Positions 1 through 10,592 are shown, counted from the stretch's first letter. The stretch: DNA of 38,227 nt from Hyphomonas sp. (GCA_041744775.1 JBGTKE010000186.1:1-38227); one strand, 5' to 3'. A program made the numbers and translations. The notes: a model not told the origin generated them from the sequence alone.

Positions 1-717
1 GGGCAGGGCGGCCTGTTCGCCGACGCGGAGCCGGCCCTCCGGCCGCCCCTGCCAGCGCCGAAGCCCTGGACGGCTCAGACGAAGCTCGATGAGGAATTCC
101 GGTCGATCGGCTTCTACTTCTCCGGCCACCCGCTCGACGACGTGCTTGTCTCGCTCGACCGGGACCGGATCACCCTGATGATGGAAATCGAGGAGCGGGC
201 GGGCGAGGGCCGGCCGCTCGAGATGATCGGTATTGTTCGGGCCCGCAACGACCGGACCGGCAAGAATGGCTCGAAGTTCACTTTCCTGACCGTGTCCGAT
301 CCGACAGGCGAACGCGAAGTCACCGTCTACAGCGAGGCGCTGATGCAGTACGGCGACCTGCTGCGGCCCGGCAAGGCGATCGCGCTCACCGTTTCGGTCA
401 AGCAGAATGGGGAGGAGACCCGTCTGATCGTTGAGCGGGTCGTCGAACTGGAGGCGGCGCGCCTGTCGAAACCCTCCGGATTGCTGGTGGTGCGGCTGTC
501 GGCAGGTGCCAATCCCTCCGAACTGGCCAGCGTGGTGCACCGGCTTAAGGGGCTTGCGGACCCTGACCGCGGCGCGATCCTCCTGGAGATGCCCCTGGAG
601 GATGGCCGTCTGGTCACGGTCAAGCTGCCCCAGACCTACACGATCAGCCTGAGGGCCCAGCGGGCCTTGAAGGAAATCCCGGGTGTTGAGCGGGTCATCC
701 CGCGCCGGGCCGCCTGA
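1..717 (+). CDS. dnaE: DNA polymerase III alpha subunit, C-terminal part (5' truncated by window edge)
   Basis: Frame 1 is open from base 1: GQGGLFADAEP...WTAQTKLDEEFRSIGFYFSGHPLD. It shows a clamp-binding-like QGGLF, the conserved G(F/L)YxSGHPL motif, then an OB fold (FTFLTVSDPTG). Stop TGA at 715-717. Confidence 0.93.
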   Translation, partial: GQGGLFADAEPALRPPLPAPKPWTAQTKLDEEFRSIGFYFSGHPLDDVLVSLDRDRITLMMEIEERAGEGRPLEMIGIVRARNDRTGKNGSKFTFLTVSDPTGEREVTVYSEALMQYGDLLRPGKAIALTVSVKQNGEETRLIVERVVELEAARLSKPSGLLVVRLSAGANPSELASVVHRLKGLADPDRGAILLEMPLEDGRLVTVKLPQTYTISLRAQRALKEIPGVERVIPRRAA

Positions 718-741
718 AGGCGCCGATTACCGCTGTTTGCG

Positions 742-770
742 CTTGCTCCCGGCCTTGGAAGCTGTATAGG
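742..770 (+). promoter_or_regulatory. Putative sigma70 promoter of rpsB-tsf
   Basis: TTGCTC at 743-748 and TATAGG at 765-770 (16-nt spacer), directly upstream of the structured leader. Confidence 0.5.
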
Positions 771-784
771 ACCCCCATTCTAAA

Positions 785-864
785 CCATGTCGCGGGTGCA
801 TCCGGTGCGACGGGGTCAAACCCGTAGTTCCACCCTGCGACGGCCAACCGGATGGAGAAAATCG
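785..864 (+). promoter_or_regulatory. Structured rpsB 5' leader (candidate S2 autogenous control element)
   Basis: Pairings: 789-798 with 831-841 (one bulge), 810-814 with 821-825, and 799-806 with 847-854. SD GGAG at 854-857. Confidence 0.6.
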
Positions 865-1653
865 ATGGCCCTACCTGACTTTTCTATGCGTCAGTTGCTT
901 GAAGCTGGCGTTCACTTTGGTCACCAGACCCACCGCTGGAACCCGCGCATGAAGCCGTATATCTACGGCGAGCGCTCCGGCATCCACATCATGGACCTGT
1001 CCCACACGGTGCCGTCGCTGCACCAGGCGCTCGTCTTCGTGCGTGATACCGTCGCCAAAGGCGGCCGCATCCTGTTTGTCGGAACCAAGCGCCAGGCGCA
1101 GGAGCCGGTGGCAGAAGCTGCCCAGCGCTGCGCGCAATATTACATGAACCACCGCTGGCTCGGCGGCACGCTGACGAACTGGAGCACGGTCTCCAACTCG
1201 ATCAAGCAGCTGCGCGACCTGACGGCCATGTTCGACGCCGGTGGCGGCGCTGGCCTCACCAAGAAAGAACTGCTCGACCTGCAACGCCGCCGCGACAAGC
1301 TGCAGCGCGCCCTCGGCGGTATCGCGGCGATGGGCGGCCTGCCGGCCGCAATCATTGTCATCGACACCAACAAGGAAGCGATTGCTGTCCAGGAAGCCCG
1401 CAAGCTGGGTATCCCGGTCGTGGCCGTCCTCGACACCAACTGCGATCCGTCCGACGCCGATTTCGGCTTCCCGGGCAATGACGACGCAGCCCGCGCGATC
1501 TCGCTCTACTGCAACCTGTTTGCGGATGCGGTGCTCGACGGTCTCGCCGAATCGACGGCCGGTCTCGGCGTTGACCTCGGCGCTCTGTCGGATGTCAGTA
1601 CGATGGCGGATGCAGACGTTCAGGTTGCCGGCGAAGCGGCCTCAGACGCCTGA
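865..1653 (+). CDS. rpsB: 30S ribosomal protein S2
   Basis: [50 protein letters not shown]. Start placed at ATG 865 after GGAG. Confidence 0.98.
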   Translation: MALPDFSMRQLLEAGVHFGHQTHRWNPRMKPYIYGERSGIHIMDLSHTVPSLHQALVFVRDTVAKGGRILFVGTKRQAQEPVAEAAQRCAQYYMNHRWLGGTLTNWSTVSNSIKQLRDLTAMFDAGGGAGLTKKELLDLQRRRDKLQRALGGIAAMGGLPAAIIVIDTNKEAIAVQEARKLGIPVVAVLDTNCDPSDADFGFPGNDDAARAISLYCNLFADAVLDGLAESTAGLGVDLGALSDVSTMADADVQVAGEAASDA

Positions 1654-1695
1654 AACTGCGCTCCGGCGCTTCAATTCCAGTGAAGGATCAAAGCC

Positions 1696-2601
1696 ATGGC
1701 TGAGATTACAGCAGTACTTGTAAAGCAACTGCGCGAAAAAACCGGCGCAGGCATGATGGATGCCAAGAAGGCGCTCGTCGAGAACAACGGCGACGAAGCC
1801 GCAGCCATCGAATGGCTGCGCGCGAAAGGCCTGTCCAAGGCTGCCAAGAAGTCGGGCCGCGCGGCGGCTGAAGGCCTTGTGGCCGTGAAGGTTTCGGCAG
1901 ACGGAAAGTCGGGGGCCATCGTCGAACTGAACTCGGAAACGGACTTCGTGTCCCGCAACGAGGGCTTTCAGAAAGCTCTCGATGGAATCGTCAACGTCGC
2001 CCTGGCGACCGACGGCACCATTGCGGCTGTCTCCGGCGCCAAGTCGCCGGACGGCGAGGGCACCGTGGACGACATGGTGAAACGCATGATCGCCACGATC
2101 GGCGAAAACATGACGCTTCGCCGTTCCGCCAAACTGACCGCTTCGGGCCGCGTTGCCTCATATATCCACAACGCAGCGGCGCCCGGCATGGGCAAGGTTG
2201 GCGTTCTTGTTGCGCTCGAAGGCACCGGCGATCTGGACGATGCAGGCCGCAAGGTGGCTATGCATATCGCGGCGACCTCACCGGCTGCTGCAACGACGGC
2301 TGAGCTGGATCCGGCGCTGATCGAATCGGAAAAGCGCGTTCTCACCGAACAGGCCCGCGAAAGCGGCAAGCCAGACGCGGTCATCGAGAAGATGATCGTT
2401 GGCCGGATGCAGAAGTTCTACAAGGAAGTTGTCCTGGTCGAGCAGCCGTTCATCATGGACCCTGACAAGACCGTTGGCGAATTCCTCAAGGGGCAAGGCG
2501 CGACGCTGAAGGCATTCGTGCACTTCAAGCTCGGCGAGGGCGTCGAAAAGGAAGAATCCGACTTCGCAGCCGAAGTCGCATCGATGACAAAAGGCTCCTG
2601 A
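1696..2601 (+). CDS. tsf: Translation elongation factor Ts
   Basis: [41 protein letters not shown] upstream. Confidence 0.98.
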   Translation: MAEITAVLVKQLREKTGAGMMDAKKALVENNGDEAAAIEWLRAKGLSKAAKKSGRAAAEGLVAVKVSADGKSGAIVELNSETDFVSRNEGFQKALDGIVNVALATDGTIAAVSGAKSPDGEGTVDDMVKRMIATIGENMTLRRSAKLTASGRVASYIHNAAAPGMGKVGVLVALEGTGDLDDAGRKVAMHIAATSPAAATTAELDPALIESEKRVLTEQARESGKPDAVIEKMIVGRMQKFYKEVVLVEQPFIMDPDKTVGEFLKGQGATLKAFVHFKLGEGVEKEESDFAAEVASMTKGS

Positions 2602-2639
2602 TCAGGCTTGCCTTTATGCCCGTGAGGGGCTTTGAACAG

Positions 2640-2675
2640 TCCCGGCTAGCGGTTTCCCGCAGCCGGGATTTTTTT
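2640..2675 (+). terminator. Rho-independent terminator after tsf
   Basis: Hairpin TCCCGGCT-A-GCGG/TTTC/CCGC-AGCCGGGA (2640-2668) followed by T7 (2669-2675). Confidence 0.85.
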
Positions 2676-2706
2676 GGGTCGCAATTGAGAATGATCGGTG
2701 AAAAGC

Positions 2707-3462
2707 ATGCCGGCAGATGAGCCTGAAAAAAGCCAGCTGAAATACCGGCGCGTGCTGTTGAAACTCTCCGGCGAAGCCCTCATGGGGCCCGGTCAGTTCG
2801 GCATCGATATTCCGACTTGCGTGACCTTTGCCCAGGCTATCGCAACGGCCCGGGCGGCCGGCGCAGAAATTTGTCTGGTCATCGGCGGCGGAAACATTTT
2901 CAGGGGTGTGGCGGGGGCAGCAAAGGGCATGGAGCGTGCGCAGGCCGACTCCATGGGGATGCTGGCCACCGTCATGAATGCCCTGGCGATGCAGAGCGTC
3001 CTCGAAAGCATTGGCGTTCCGACCCGCGTGCAGTCGGCGCTCAGCATGGACGCCATCTGCGAGCCCTACATCCGCCGGCGGGCGCAGCGCCATATGGAAA
3101 AAGGCCGTGTCGTGATCTTCGCGGCCGGCATTGGCAACCCGTTCTTCACGACGGATACGGGCGCTGCCCTTCGTTCGATCGAAATGAACTGCGACGCGCT
3201 GCTGAAGGGGACCCAGGTCGACGGAGTCTACACGGCCGATCCGAAGCTGGATGCGTCGGCGACCCGCTACGAGCATGTCGCCTACGACGAACTGCTGATC
3301 AAGAATCTCCGGGTCATGGACCCGTCTGCCGTCAGCCTGATGCGCGACAACAACATTCCGATCGTCGTCTTCTCCCTCAAGGAGGAAGGCTCGCTGCTGA
3401 ACGTCTTGCACGGACGGGGAACTTCCACGACGATCTCCAAAAAAGGAGGGTCGACCGAATGA
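2707..3462 (+). CDS. pyrH: UMP kinase
   Basis: [40 protein letters not shown]. Start is ATG 2707 or GTG 2698. Confidence 0.97.
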   Translation: MPADEPEKSQLKYRRVLLKLSGEALMGPGQFGIDIPTCVTFAQAIATARAAGAEICLVIGGGNIFRGVAGAAKGMERAQADSMGMLATVMNALAMQSVLESIGVPTRVQSALSMDAICEPYIRRRAQRHMEKGRVVIFAAGIGNPFFTTDTGAALRSIEMNCDALLKGTQVDGVYTADPKLDASATRYEHVAYDELLIKNLRVMDPSAVSLMRDNNIPIVVFSLKEEGSLLNVLHGRGTSTTISKKGGSTE

Positions 3463-4013
3463 GCTATAGCAAACAGGACATTGAACGGCGGATGGAAGGC
3501 GCATTGACCTCCCTCGCCACGGAATTCTCCGGCCTCCGGACGGGAAGGGCCTCGGTCAACCTGCTCGATTCGATCAACGTGCCGGCCTACGGCGGCGTGT
3601 CACCTCTCAGCCAGGTCGCATCGGTCACCGTGACCGACACGCGGATGTTGTCGGTGAACGTCTGGGACAAGTCGGTGGTTGGCGCGGTTGACCGCGCGAT
3701 CCGCGAATCCGGCCTTGGCCTCAACCCGATCATGGACGGCCAGACGCTGCGCCTCCCCATTCCTGCGCTCAACGAGGAGCGGCGCGTCGAGCTAACCAAG
3801 ATCGCCGGCAAATACGCCGAAGCCGCCCGGGTCGCCGTGCGCAACGTCCGCCGGGACGGCATGGACGGCCTCAAGAAGATGGAAAAGGCCGGCGAAATCG
3901 GCGAAGATCAGGCGAGGTCGCTGTCCGATGAGGTCCAGAAACTGACGGACACATTCGTCCACCGCGTCGACGAGATGGTGAAAGCCAAAGAAGCGGAGAT
4001 CATGCAGGTGTAA
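3459..4013 (+). CDS. frr: Ribosome recycling factor
   Basis: [15 protein letters not shown]...[34 protein letters not shown] overlap with the pyrH stop, and GGAGG at 3445-3449. Confidence 0.97.
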   Translation: MSYSKQDIERRMEGALTSLATEFSGLRTGRASVNLLDSINVPAYGGVSPLSQVASVTVTDTRMLSVNVWDKSVVGAVDRAIRESGLGLNPIMDGQTLRLPIPALNEERRVELTKIAGKYAEAARVAVRNVRRDGMDGLKKMEKAGEIGEDQARSLSDEVQKLTDTFVHRVDEMVKAKEAEIMQV

Positions 4014-4771
4014 TGGCCCGCCTCGGGACATCCCCTGAACCTTCCCATGCTGGCGGCGATCCGCCGGCGCCGCAACATGTCGCCATCATCATGGACGGAA
4101 ACGGCCGCTGGGCCAAGGCGCGGGGCCTGCCGCGTACCGCCGGCCACGAGCGCGGCGTCGAAGCCCTCCGCCGGACCGTTGAAGCAGCCGGTGATCTCGG
4201 CATCCGGTACCTCACCGTCTTTTCCTTTTCGACCGAGAATTGGCGCCGGCCTGCAGCCGAGGTGAATACGTTGTTCGGCCTGCTGAAGGCCTACGTCCAG
4301 CGCGATCTGGCGCAGCTGAAGCAGGACGGCGTGCGGGTTCGGGTGATCGGGCAGCGCGAGGGCCTGCCGCCGGATATCGCCGAACTGGTTGACCGGGCAG
4401 AACGCGAGACGGCGAGCAACAGCAAGTTCCATCTGACGATTGCTTTCAATTACGGTTCCCGCAACGAGATCCTCCGGGCCACCACGGCCTATGCACGCGC
4501 CATTGCGGCGGGAGAGTGTTCCGGCGACCTCAGCGACGAAGGGTTCGAGCAATTCCTCGATACACGGGACTTGCCGGATCCTGATCTGGTGATCCGGACC
4601 AGCGGCGAATACCGGATCAGCAACTTCCTGCTTTGGCAGGCAGCCTATGCGGAATTGCTGTTCGTCGACGTGCTCTGGCCGGATTTCGGGAAACCGCATC
4701 TGGAGAACGCCATTTCGCGCTATCACGAACGCGAACGGCGGTTCGGGGCCGTCACGCCTGGAGCCACCTGA
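4013..4771 (+). CDS. uppS: Undecaprenyl diphosphate synthase (isoprenyl transferase)
   Basis: [59 protein letters not shown] overlap with frr. Confidence 0.97.
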   Translation: MARLGTSPEPSHAGGDPPAPQHVAIIMDGNGRWAKARGLPRTAGHERGVEALRRTVEAAGDLGIRYLTVFSFSTENWRRPAAEVNTLFGLLKAYVQRDLAQLKQDGVRVRVIGQREGLPPDIAELVDRAERETASNSKFHLTIAFNYGSRNEILRATTAYARAIAAGECSGDLSDEGFEQFLDTRDLPDPDLVIRTSGEYRISNFLLWQAAYAELLFVDVLWPDFGKPHLENAISRYHERERRFGAVTPGAT

Positions 4772-5589
4772 TGGGCGATTGGACACCGCCGGACAAGCGG
4801 TTCTCCGAATTACCGATGCGCTTACTGACCGCCCTCGTTCTCATACCGTTTGCACTGTTTGCAGTCTGGATGGGGTCCTGGTGGCTAGCGCTGGGGTGCA
4901 GCGCGTTCTGCGCCGTGATGATGTTCGAGTGGTGCCGGATGAGTGCAACGCCCAACGAATGGGTCTTAACGGCTCTCGCTGCGCTATTCGGTCTTAGCCT
5001 CGCTTTCCCGGATTTTGGCGTTTCTTTCTCAATTTTTATCGCTAGTTCCGTGTTGGCCGGGCTGACGTCCGCGCGCTCGGCTGAAGCGAAGATCGCGGGC
5101 GGGTTTGGCGTGGTTTACGTCTTCGCGATGGTCTTCGGCCTCTACACGCTGAGGGAAGGGCCCTGGGATGGCCGGCTGGCTGCGTTGTACTTCATGTCCT
5201 TCGTCTGGGCCTCCGACGCGGCGGCGTATTTCTTCGGGCGGATGATCCGGGGGCCGCGCCTGCTGCCGAAGGAAAGCCCCAACAAGACCTGGAGCGGGGC
5301 GGTGGCCGCGGTCATTGCCTGCGCGGTTTGCGGTTACGTTGCCGCCGGCTGGCAGGACGCGGCTGTGCTGCCCTGGATGATTGCCGGCATGTTGATTTCC
5401 ATCACAGCGCAGGCCGGTGACCTGTTTGAAAGCGGTATGAAACGCCGGTTCAAGGTCAAGGATTCAGGCACCATTCTGCCAGGTCATGGCGGTCTGCTCG
5501 ACCGTGTGGACGGCCTTGGGGCCGTCAGCATTGGTGCCACGTTGATATTTCTCAGTGTTCCGGCCGTGCCGCGCCTGCTAGGTCTCTGA
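4771..5589 (+). CDS. cdsA: Phosphatidate cytidylyltransferase
   Basis: Hydrophobic protein with WASDAAAYFFG, SPNKTWSG, GDLFESGMKRRFKVKDSGTILPGHGGLLDRVD. TGATG overlap with uppS. Confidence 0.96.
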   Translation: MGDWTPPDKRFSELPMRLLTALVLIPFALFAVWMGSWWLALGCSAFCAVMMFEWCRMSATPNEWVLTALAALFGLSLAFPDFGVSFSIFIASSVLAGLTSARSAEAKIAGGFGVVYVFAMVFGLYTLREGPWDGRLAALYFMSFVWASDAAAYFFGRMIRGPRLLPKESPNKTWSGAVAAVIACAVCGYVAAGWQDAAVLPWMIAGMLISITAQAGDLFESGMKRRFKVKDSGTILPGHGGLLDRVDGLGAVSIGATLIFLSVPAVPRLLGL

Positions 5590-5592
5590 CCC

Positions 5593-6807
5593 ATGACAGG
5601 TATCCGGCGCGTTTCCATATTTGGCTCCACGGGCTCCGTTGGCCGTTCGGCGATTGACGTCATTCGGCATGCGAACCGTGACGTGCCCCGTTTCGAAATC
5701 GTTGCGATTGCGGCTGGCCGCAATGCGGCGGCCCTTGCCGGGCAGGCCCTCGAACTGAGGCCCGAAATCGCTGTGATCGCGGACCAGGCGCAATTGCCGG
5801 AGCTTCGTTCGCGTCTCGCGGGAAGCGGCATCGCTGCTGCAGCGGGTGAAGCAGCGATGCTTGAGGCCGCCGGGCGGCCGTGTGACCGATTCCTGGCGGC
5901 CATCGTGGGTGCTGCCGGCCTGAAATCGACGATGGCGGCGGTGAATGCGGGAAACCCTCTCGCGCTGGCCAACAAGGAAAGCCTTGTCTGCGCAGGAACG
6001 ATCCTGATCGAGGCAGCTGAACGTGCAGGCGTTTCGGTTTTCCCAGTGGATTCAGAGCACAGTGCGATCTTTCAGTGTCTCGGCGACGGCCGGTCCCTGG
6101 AAAAGCTGACCCTGACGGCATCGGGCGGACCTTTCCGGCTGACCTCGCTGGAAGACATGGCAAAGGCGACACCGGCCGAGGCGGCGGCGCATCCCAAATG
6201 GAGCATGGGCCTGAAGATATCGATCGACAGTGCCACACTCATGAACAAGGCGCTGGAACTGATCGAGGCGGCAATCCTGTTCAAGGTTGGGGCCGAGCGC
6301 ATCGACGTTCTGGTCCACCCCCAGTCGATTGTGCACGGTATGGCCCATTTCACGGACGGGTCGGTCATCGCCCAGCTGGGGTCACCCGACATGCGAACCC
6401 CGATTTCCCTTGCGCTCGGCTGGCCGGACAGGATCGCGACCACTGTCGACAGGCTGGATCTGGCCGAAATCGGACGGCTGGAGTTCGGCCCCGTGGACGC
6501 CCGGCGGTTCCGGTCGATCGACCTTGCCCGGCAGGCCTTTGCCCTTGGCCCGGCGGGGCCTGTGATATTAAATTCCGCTAATGAATCAGTGGTTTCGGCG
6601 TTTATCGGGGGCGAATGTGGCTTTCTGGACATAGGCTGGGCTGTTGAAGCCGCTTTGGACCGCTTTTCATCCTCAGAATTCGCCTCTACCAAGTGCACGA
6701 CGCTGGATGAAGTCGCGTTCCTCGATGACTACGGGCGCAGGCTCGCCGGGGACGTGTTGAAGCAAGCCCCAAGCCGGGCAGGAGGAATGGTCGCTTGGAA
6801 GGGGTAG
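5593..6807 (+). CDS. dxr: 1-deoxy-D-xylulose 5-phosphate reductoisomerase
   Basis: GSTGSVG, LANKESLV, PVDSEHSAIFQ, LTASGGPF, HPKWSMGLKISIDSATLMNKALELIEA. Confidence 0.97.
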   Translation: MTGIRRVSIFGSTGSVGRSAIDVIRHANRDVPRFEIVAIAAGRNAAALAGQALELRPEIAVIADQAQLPELRSRLAGSGIAAAAGEAAMLEAAGRPCDRFLAAIVGAAGLKSTMAAVNAGNPLALANKESLVCAGTILIEAAERAGVSVFPVDSEHSAIFQCLGDGRSLEKLTLTASGGPFRLTSLEDMAKATPAEAAAHPKWSMGLKISIDSATLMNKALELIEAAILFKVGAERIDVLVHPQSIVHGMAHFTDGSVIAQLGSPDMRTPISLALGWPDRIATTVDRLDLAEIGRLEFGPVDARRFRSIDLARQAFALGPAGPVILNSANESVVSAFIGGECGFLDIGWAVEAALDRFSSSEFASTKCTTLDEVAFLDDYGRRLAGDVLKQAPSRAGGMVAWKG

Positions 6808-7961
6808 TCAGCCAGGGCCCATTGTTTATCGCGTGCCTGGTGTTCCTGATGGGCATCGTGATCGTGGTGCATGAACTCGGGCACTATGTGGCCAGCCGCT
6901 GGTACAATGTGGCGGTCGAGTCCTTCGCGGTCGGGTTCGGACGCCCGATGGCCGAGGTGCGCGACAAGCGCGGCACGCGCTGGCGCATCAACTGGATACC
7001 TCTGGGCGGCTTTGTGGCGTTCGTGGACAAGCAGTCCGCCGAGGAGTCGGCGGAGGACCCCCGCGCGCCCAAGGGTGTTGCCTTCGATGAGTTGGGGCCC
7101 CTGAAGAAGATCGTCATCAGCCTGGCCGGCCCTGCCGCCAATTTCGTGCTTGCGGCCGTGATATTCGCACTGATGATCGGTGTCCACGGCGTGGCCATCC
7201 AGTCAATCAGGATTGCGGCGACCCTTCCGGGCATGCCGGCCGAAAAGGCTGGACTCCTGGCCGGCGACCAGATCCTGGAGGTCAACGGAAAGGCAATCCG
7301 GAATTCGTCGGACGTCACGGTTGCCGTTCTCCTCAGCCCGAATACGCCGCTTGAGTTTCTGCTTGACCGGGACGGCGTTGAACAATCCGTGACTGTGGTG
7401 CCGGTCGAAATCGTTCGCGACAACGAATTCGGCCAGCGGGTGCCGCAAAGCACCATCGGGATCCAGATGTACCCGTCAGAGACGTTTGAACGCCTGCGCT
7501 ACGGACCGGTCGAATCAGTGATTGCCGGCGTACAGGAAACCGGCGTCGCGATCGACCGCACCGTCACCATGCTCGGACGCATCGTCACCGGGAACATGTC
7601 TTTCCATACCTTATCAGGCCCGGTGGGCGTGGGAGACGTGTCCAGACGCATCGTCAACACGGTCATGGAGAATGCCGAGATACCGCTGATGGCGCGGCTG
7701 GAACACCTGTTCTGGGTGCTCCTGAGCCTTTGTGCTGCCATCTCTGTAGGCGTCGGATTCTTCAACCTGCTGCCACTGCCTGTGCTGGATGGCGGGCGGG
7801 TTGTGTTTCATGCATACGAGGCTTTGATAGGCTCAAAAATGCCAAGCCAGGTTGAGGCGATGGCGCTGCGTGTGGGAGTGTTGGTCTTGGTGGCTATGGT
7901 GATCGTGATCACTTGGGGGGACATTCTCGAAACCGGCGTTTTCGGACGGGGAAGCAGCTGA
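6795..7961 (+). CDS. rseP: RIP (M50) intramembrane zinc metalloprotease with one PDZ domain
   Basis: HELGH, IPLGGFV, AGPAANF, NLLPLPVLDGG. TTG start with GGAGG at 6781-6785, overlapping the dxr end. Confidence 0.93.
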   Translation: MEGVVSQGPLFIACLVFLMGIVIVVHELGHYVASRWYNVAVESFAVGFGRPMAEVRDKRGTRWRINWIPLGGFVAFVDKQSAEESAEDPRAPKGVAFDELGPLKKIVISLAGPAANFVLAAVIFALMIGVHGVAIQSIRIAATLPGMPAEKAGLLAGDQILEVNGKAIRNSSDVTVAVLLSPNTPLEFLLDRDGVEQSVTVVPVEIVRDNEFGQRVPQSTIGIQMYPSETFERLRYGPVESVIAGVQETGVAIDRTVTMLGRIVTGNMSFHTLSGPVGVGDVSRRIVNTVMENAEIPLMARLEHLFWVLLSLCAAISVGVGFFNLLPLPVLDGGRVVFHAYEALIGSKMPSQVEAMALRVGVLVLVAMVIVITWGDILETGVFGRGSS

Positions 7962-7997
7962 CGCGGTTCAGCTCCAGGAACGAAAGAGTATTCGAGA

Positions 7998-10562
7998 ATG
8001 CGTAAATTCCTCGCAGCGACAATTTTCGCAACCAGTGCCTTTGCGCTGGGGGCGAGTGGGCAGCTTTCGACGGCCCACGCCCAGGAAGACGTTCGCTATG
8101 GCGGCACGATCCGTTCAGTCATAGTCGAGGGCAACCGGCGCATCGAAGCCCGTACGGTTCAATCCTACCTGCTTGTGGAACCCGGTGATGCCTTCGATCC
8201 CGACCGGATCGACCTTTCGCTGAAGACGCTGTTTGCCACCAACCTGTTCGCAGATGTTTCGATTGACCGGCGCGAAGACGATCTGGTGGTCCGCGTCGTC
8301 GAGAACCCGATCATCAACCGGGTCATCTTCGAAGGCAATCGCGCGCTCAAGGATGACAAGCTGCGCGAGGAGATCCAGGCGGCGCCGCGCGGCGTGTTCA
8401 CGGCGGCGCGTGTGCAGGCCGACGTTCAGCGCGTGCTTGAAATGTACCGCCGGTCGGGCCGGTTCGCTGCAAAGGTCGAGCCTCAGTACAAGCCGCTGGA
8501 GCAGAACCGGGTCGACCTGATCTTCGAGATCACCGAAGGCCCCGTCACAGGCGTCCGGTCGATCAACTTCATTGGCAACAAGGAATACTCGGACTCGCGC
8601 CTTCGCAGTGAGATCGTGACCCGGCAGTCACGGTTCTGGCGGTTCTTCAGCTCGAACGACAACTACGATTCAGGCCGTCTCGAATTTGACCGCGAGCAAC
8701 TGCGCGAATTCTATCAGAACAACGGCTATTACGACTTCCGTGTGACGTCGGCCGTGGCCGAACTCACACCGGACCAGAAGGATTTCTACGTTACCTTCAC
8801 GGTCGATGAAGGTCGCCAGTACGATTTCGGCGTGATCAAGGTCGAGACGGCACTCGAGAAGCTGGATGCCCGCATCCTGCAGGCTGTCGTGCCGATCCAG
8901 GAAGGCGCACTTTTCCGCGGCGACCAGATCGAGGGCACGATTGATGCGCTGACTTATGCGGCGGGCGTGGCGGGTTATGCCTTCGTCGACATCCGCCCGC
9001 AGATCAGCGTCAATCAGGAAAGCGGCCGGATCGACATCACCTTCGCGATTGACGAAGGCCCGCGCGTCTACATCGACCGCATCAACATCGTGGGAAATAC
9101 CGCCACGCTTGACCGGGTCATCCGCCGCGAACTTCGTATTGCCGAAGGCGACGCATTCAACCGCATCCTGCTTGACCGCTCGCGCAATCGGATCCGGGCG
9201 CTCGGATTCTTCAAGGATGTAACCGTCGTCGAAACGCCCGCCGAGGAACCGGACCGTACCATCGTCGATGTCACCGTCACGGAACAATCCACTGGCGAGT
9301 TGTCATTCGCTGCCGGTTTTTCCTCCGTCGATGCCTACCTGTTCGACCTCAGCGCTTCCCAGCGCAACCTTCGCGGCAGGGGCCAGTCGGTTGTTGCGCG
9401 AACGTCGCTGTCCAGCCGGCAGCAGGTTGTTGATCTGCGGTTCACGGAGCCGAGATTCCTTGATCGCAACCTGTCAGCGGGTATCGACCTGTTCGCGACG
9501 AAGCAGGATTTCGAGGAGTTTACCGGCTTCACCAGCGAAACTATTGGCGGCGGCGTTCGCGTCGCCTTCCCGCTCACCGACCGGATGCAGCTCGGCCTCA
9601 GCTATCGTCTGCAGGCGGACGATGTGAATATTGCTGACCGCAATATCATCATCGACGGGGCGGGCATGCTCCTGCGCAGCTTTACCCAGACCGCCGGCCA
9701 GTCGACACCCAATGACCTCACCGATGACGTATACCGCGCTCCCGAAGCCGGAGACGTGGGTCCCGGAGAGTTCCTGGTCGATATCTGCGACCCCGCCTAT
9801 ACCTTGCGCGATTCGATCTGCCGTTCCGAGCGCAACGACATTTCGAGCATCGTGGGATATAACTTCCTGTGGGACCAGACGAACGATCCGATCTCCCCGA
9901 CGCGCGGTTTTGACTTCCGCTTCAGCCAGGACATCGCCGGCCTCGGCGGGGATGTCCAGTATATCCGTACAGAGACGAACGCGACCTTCTATCGCGGGAT
10001 CTGGCGTGATGTCGTCGCGAGCGCCCGGCTTGCAGGGGGGTACGTGTTCCCTCTGGATAGCGACGAGGGTGTGCGCATCAACAACCGCTTCTTCCGCGGC
10101 GGCAGCTCGTTCCGCGGCTTCGACGTCGCCGGCCTTGGCCCGCGTGAAATCCTCCGGATTTTTGATCCGAACACGGGCGAAGTCCTCGAAACGCGGCGTT
10201 TGAATTCGCTCGGCGGGAACGCATATTACCAAGGCACATTCGAGCTTACCGTGCCGAACTTCCTGCCGGAAGAATACGGCATCAAGAGCGCATTGTTCGT
10301 CGATGTGGGCGCTCTCGGCATCCTTGAGGATGTTGACAAGGGTGTTCCGGTGTTCATCACCGACGCTTCTGCTCTCGGTGTTTCCGGCGTGCAGGCGGTT
10401 CGCATTCCGAAGGATGCCGCATCACTGCGGGCGTCAGCGGGTCTCAGCGTATTCTGGGATTCCCCGTTCGGCCCTATCCGGTTCGACTTCTCCCAAATTC
10501 TTCGCAAGGAAGAATATGATCGTACAGAGACATTCCGCTTCTCGACATCGACCAATTTCTGA
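7998..10562 (+). CDS. bamA: Outer membrane protein assembly factor BamA
   Basis: Signal peptide, POTRA repeats (EGNRRIE, GNTATLDRVIRRE), NLRGRGQ, FTEPRFL, FRGF loop-6 motif, WDSPFGPIRFD, terminal Phe. Confidence 0.97.
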   Translation: MRKFLAATIFATSAFALGASGQLSTAHAQEDVRYGGTIRSVIVEGNRRIEARTVQSYLLVEPGDAFDPDRIDLSLKTLFATNLFADVSIDRREDDLVVRVVENPIINRVIFEGNRALKDDKLREEIQAAPRGVFTAARVQADVQRVLEMYRRSGRFAAKVEPQYKPLEQNRVDLIFEITEGPVTGVRSINFIGNKEYSDSRLRSEIVTRQSRFWRFFSSNDNYDSGRLEFDREQLREFYQNNGYYDFRVTSAVAELTPDQKDFYVTFTVDEGRQYDFGVIKVETALEKLDARILQAVVPIQEGALFRGDQIEGTIDALTYAAGVAGYAFVDIRPQISVNQESGRIDITFAIDEGPRVYIDRINIVGNTATLDRVIRRELRIAEGDAFNRILLDRSRNRIRALGFFKDVTVVETPAEEPDRTIVDVTVTEQSTGELSFAAGFSSVDAYLFDLSASQRNLRGRGQSVVARTSLSSRQQVVDLRFTEPRFLDRNLSAGIDLFATKQDFEEFTGFTSETIGGGVRVAFPLTDRMQLGLSYRLQADDVNIADRNIIIDGAGMLLRSFTQTAGQSTPNDLTDDVYRAPEAGDVGPGEFLVDICDPAYTLRDSICRSERNDISSIVGYNFLWDQTNDPISPTRGFDFRFSQDIAGLGGDVQYIRTETNATFYRGIWRDVVASARLAGGYVFPLDSDEGVRINNRFFRGGSSFRGFDVAGLGPREILRIFDPNTGEVLETRRLNSLGGNAYYQGTFELTVPNFLPEEYGIKSALFVDVGALGILEDVDKGVPVFITDASALGVSGVQAVRIPKDAASLRASAGLSVFWDSPFGPIRFDFSQILRKEEYDRTETFRFSTSTNF

Positions 10563-10592
10563 ACTCGCAAGCCCCCCCACGAGGAAACCCTA

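Noticed and set aside
787-864. Upstream in-frame ATG giving an extended S2 or a leader peptide
   Set aside because: The region is better explained as the structured 5' UTR. The SD-supported start at 865 gives the typical alphaproteobacterial S2 N-terminus.
2817-4013. 398-aa ORF, and a possible pyrH-frr fusion by -1 frameshift at the A6 run (3439-3444)
   Set aside because: Only the part from ATG 3459 is RRF, and it has its own GGAGG SD. The upstream part is an off-frame shadow of pyrH. The zero-frame codons are AAA AAA GGA, so no properly phased A-AAA-AAG slippery site exists.
10572-10578. C7 homopolymer between bamA and skp as a phase-variation tract
   Set aside because: It is short, intergenic and within an essential operon, with no evident promoter spacing to alter.
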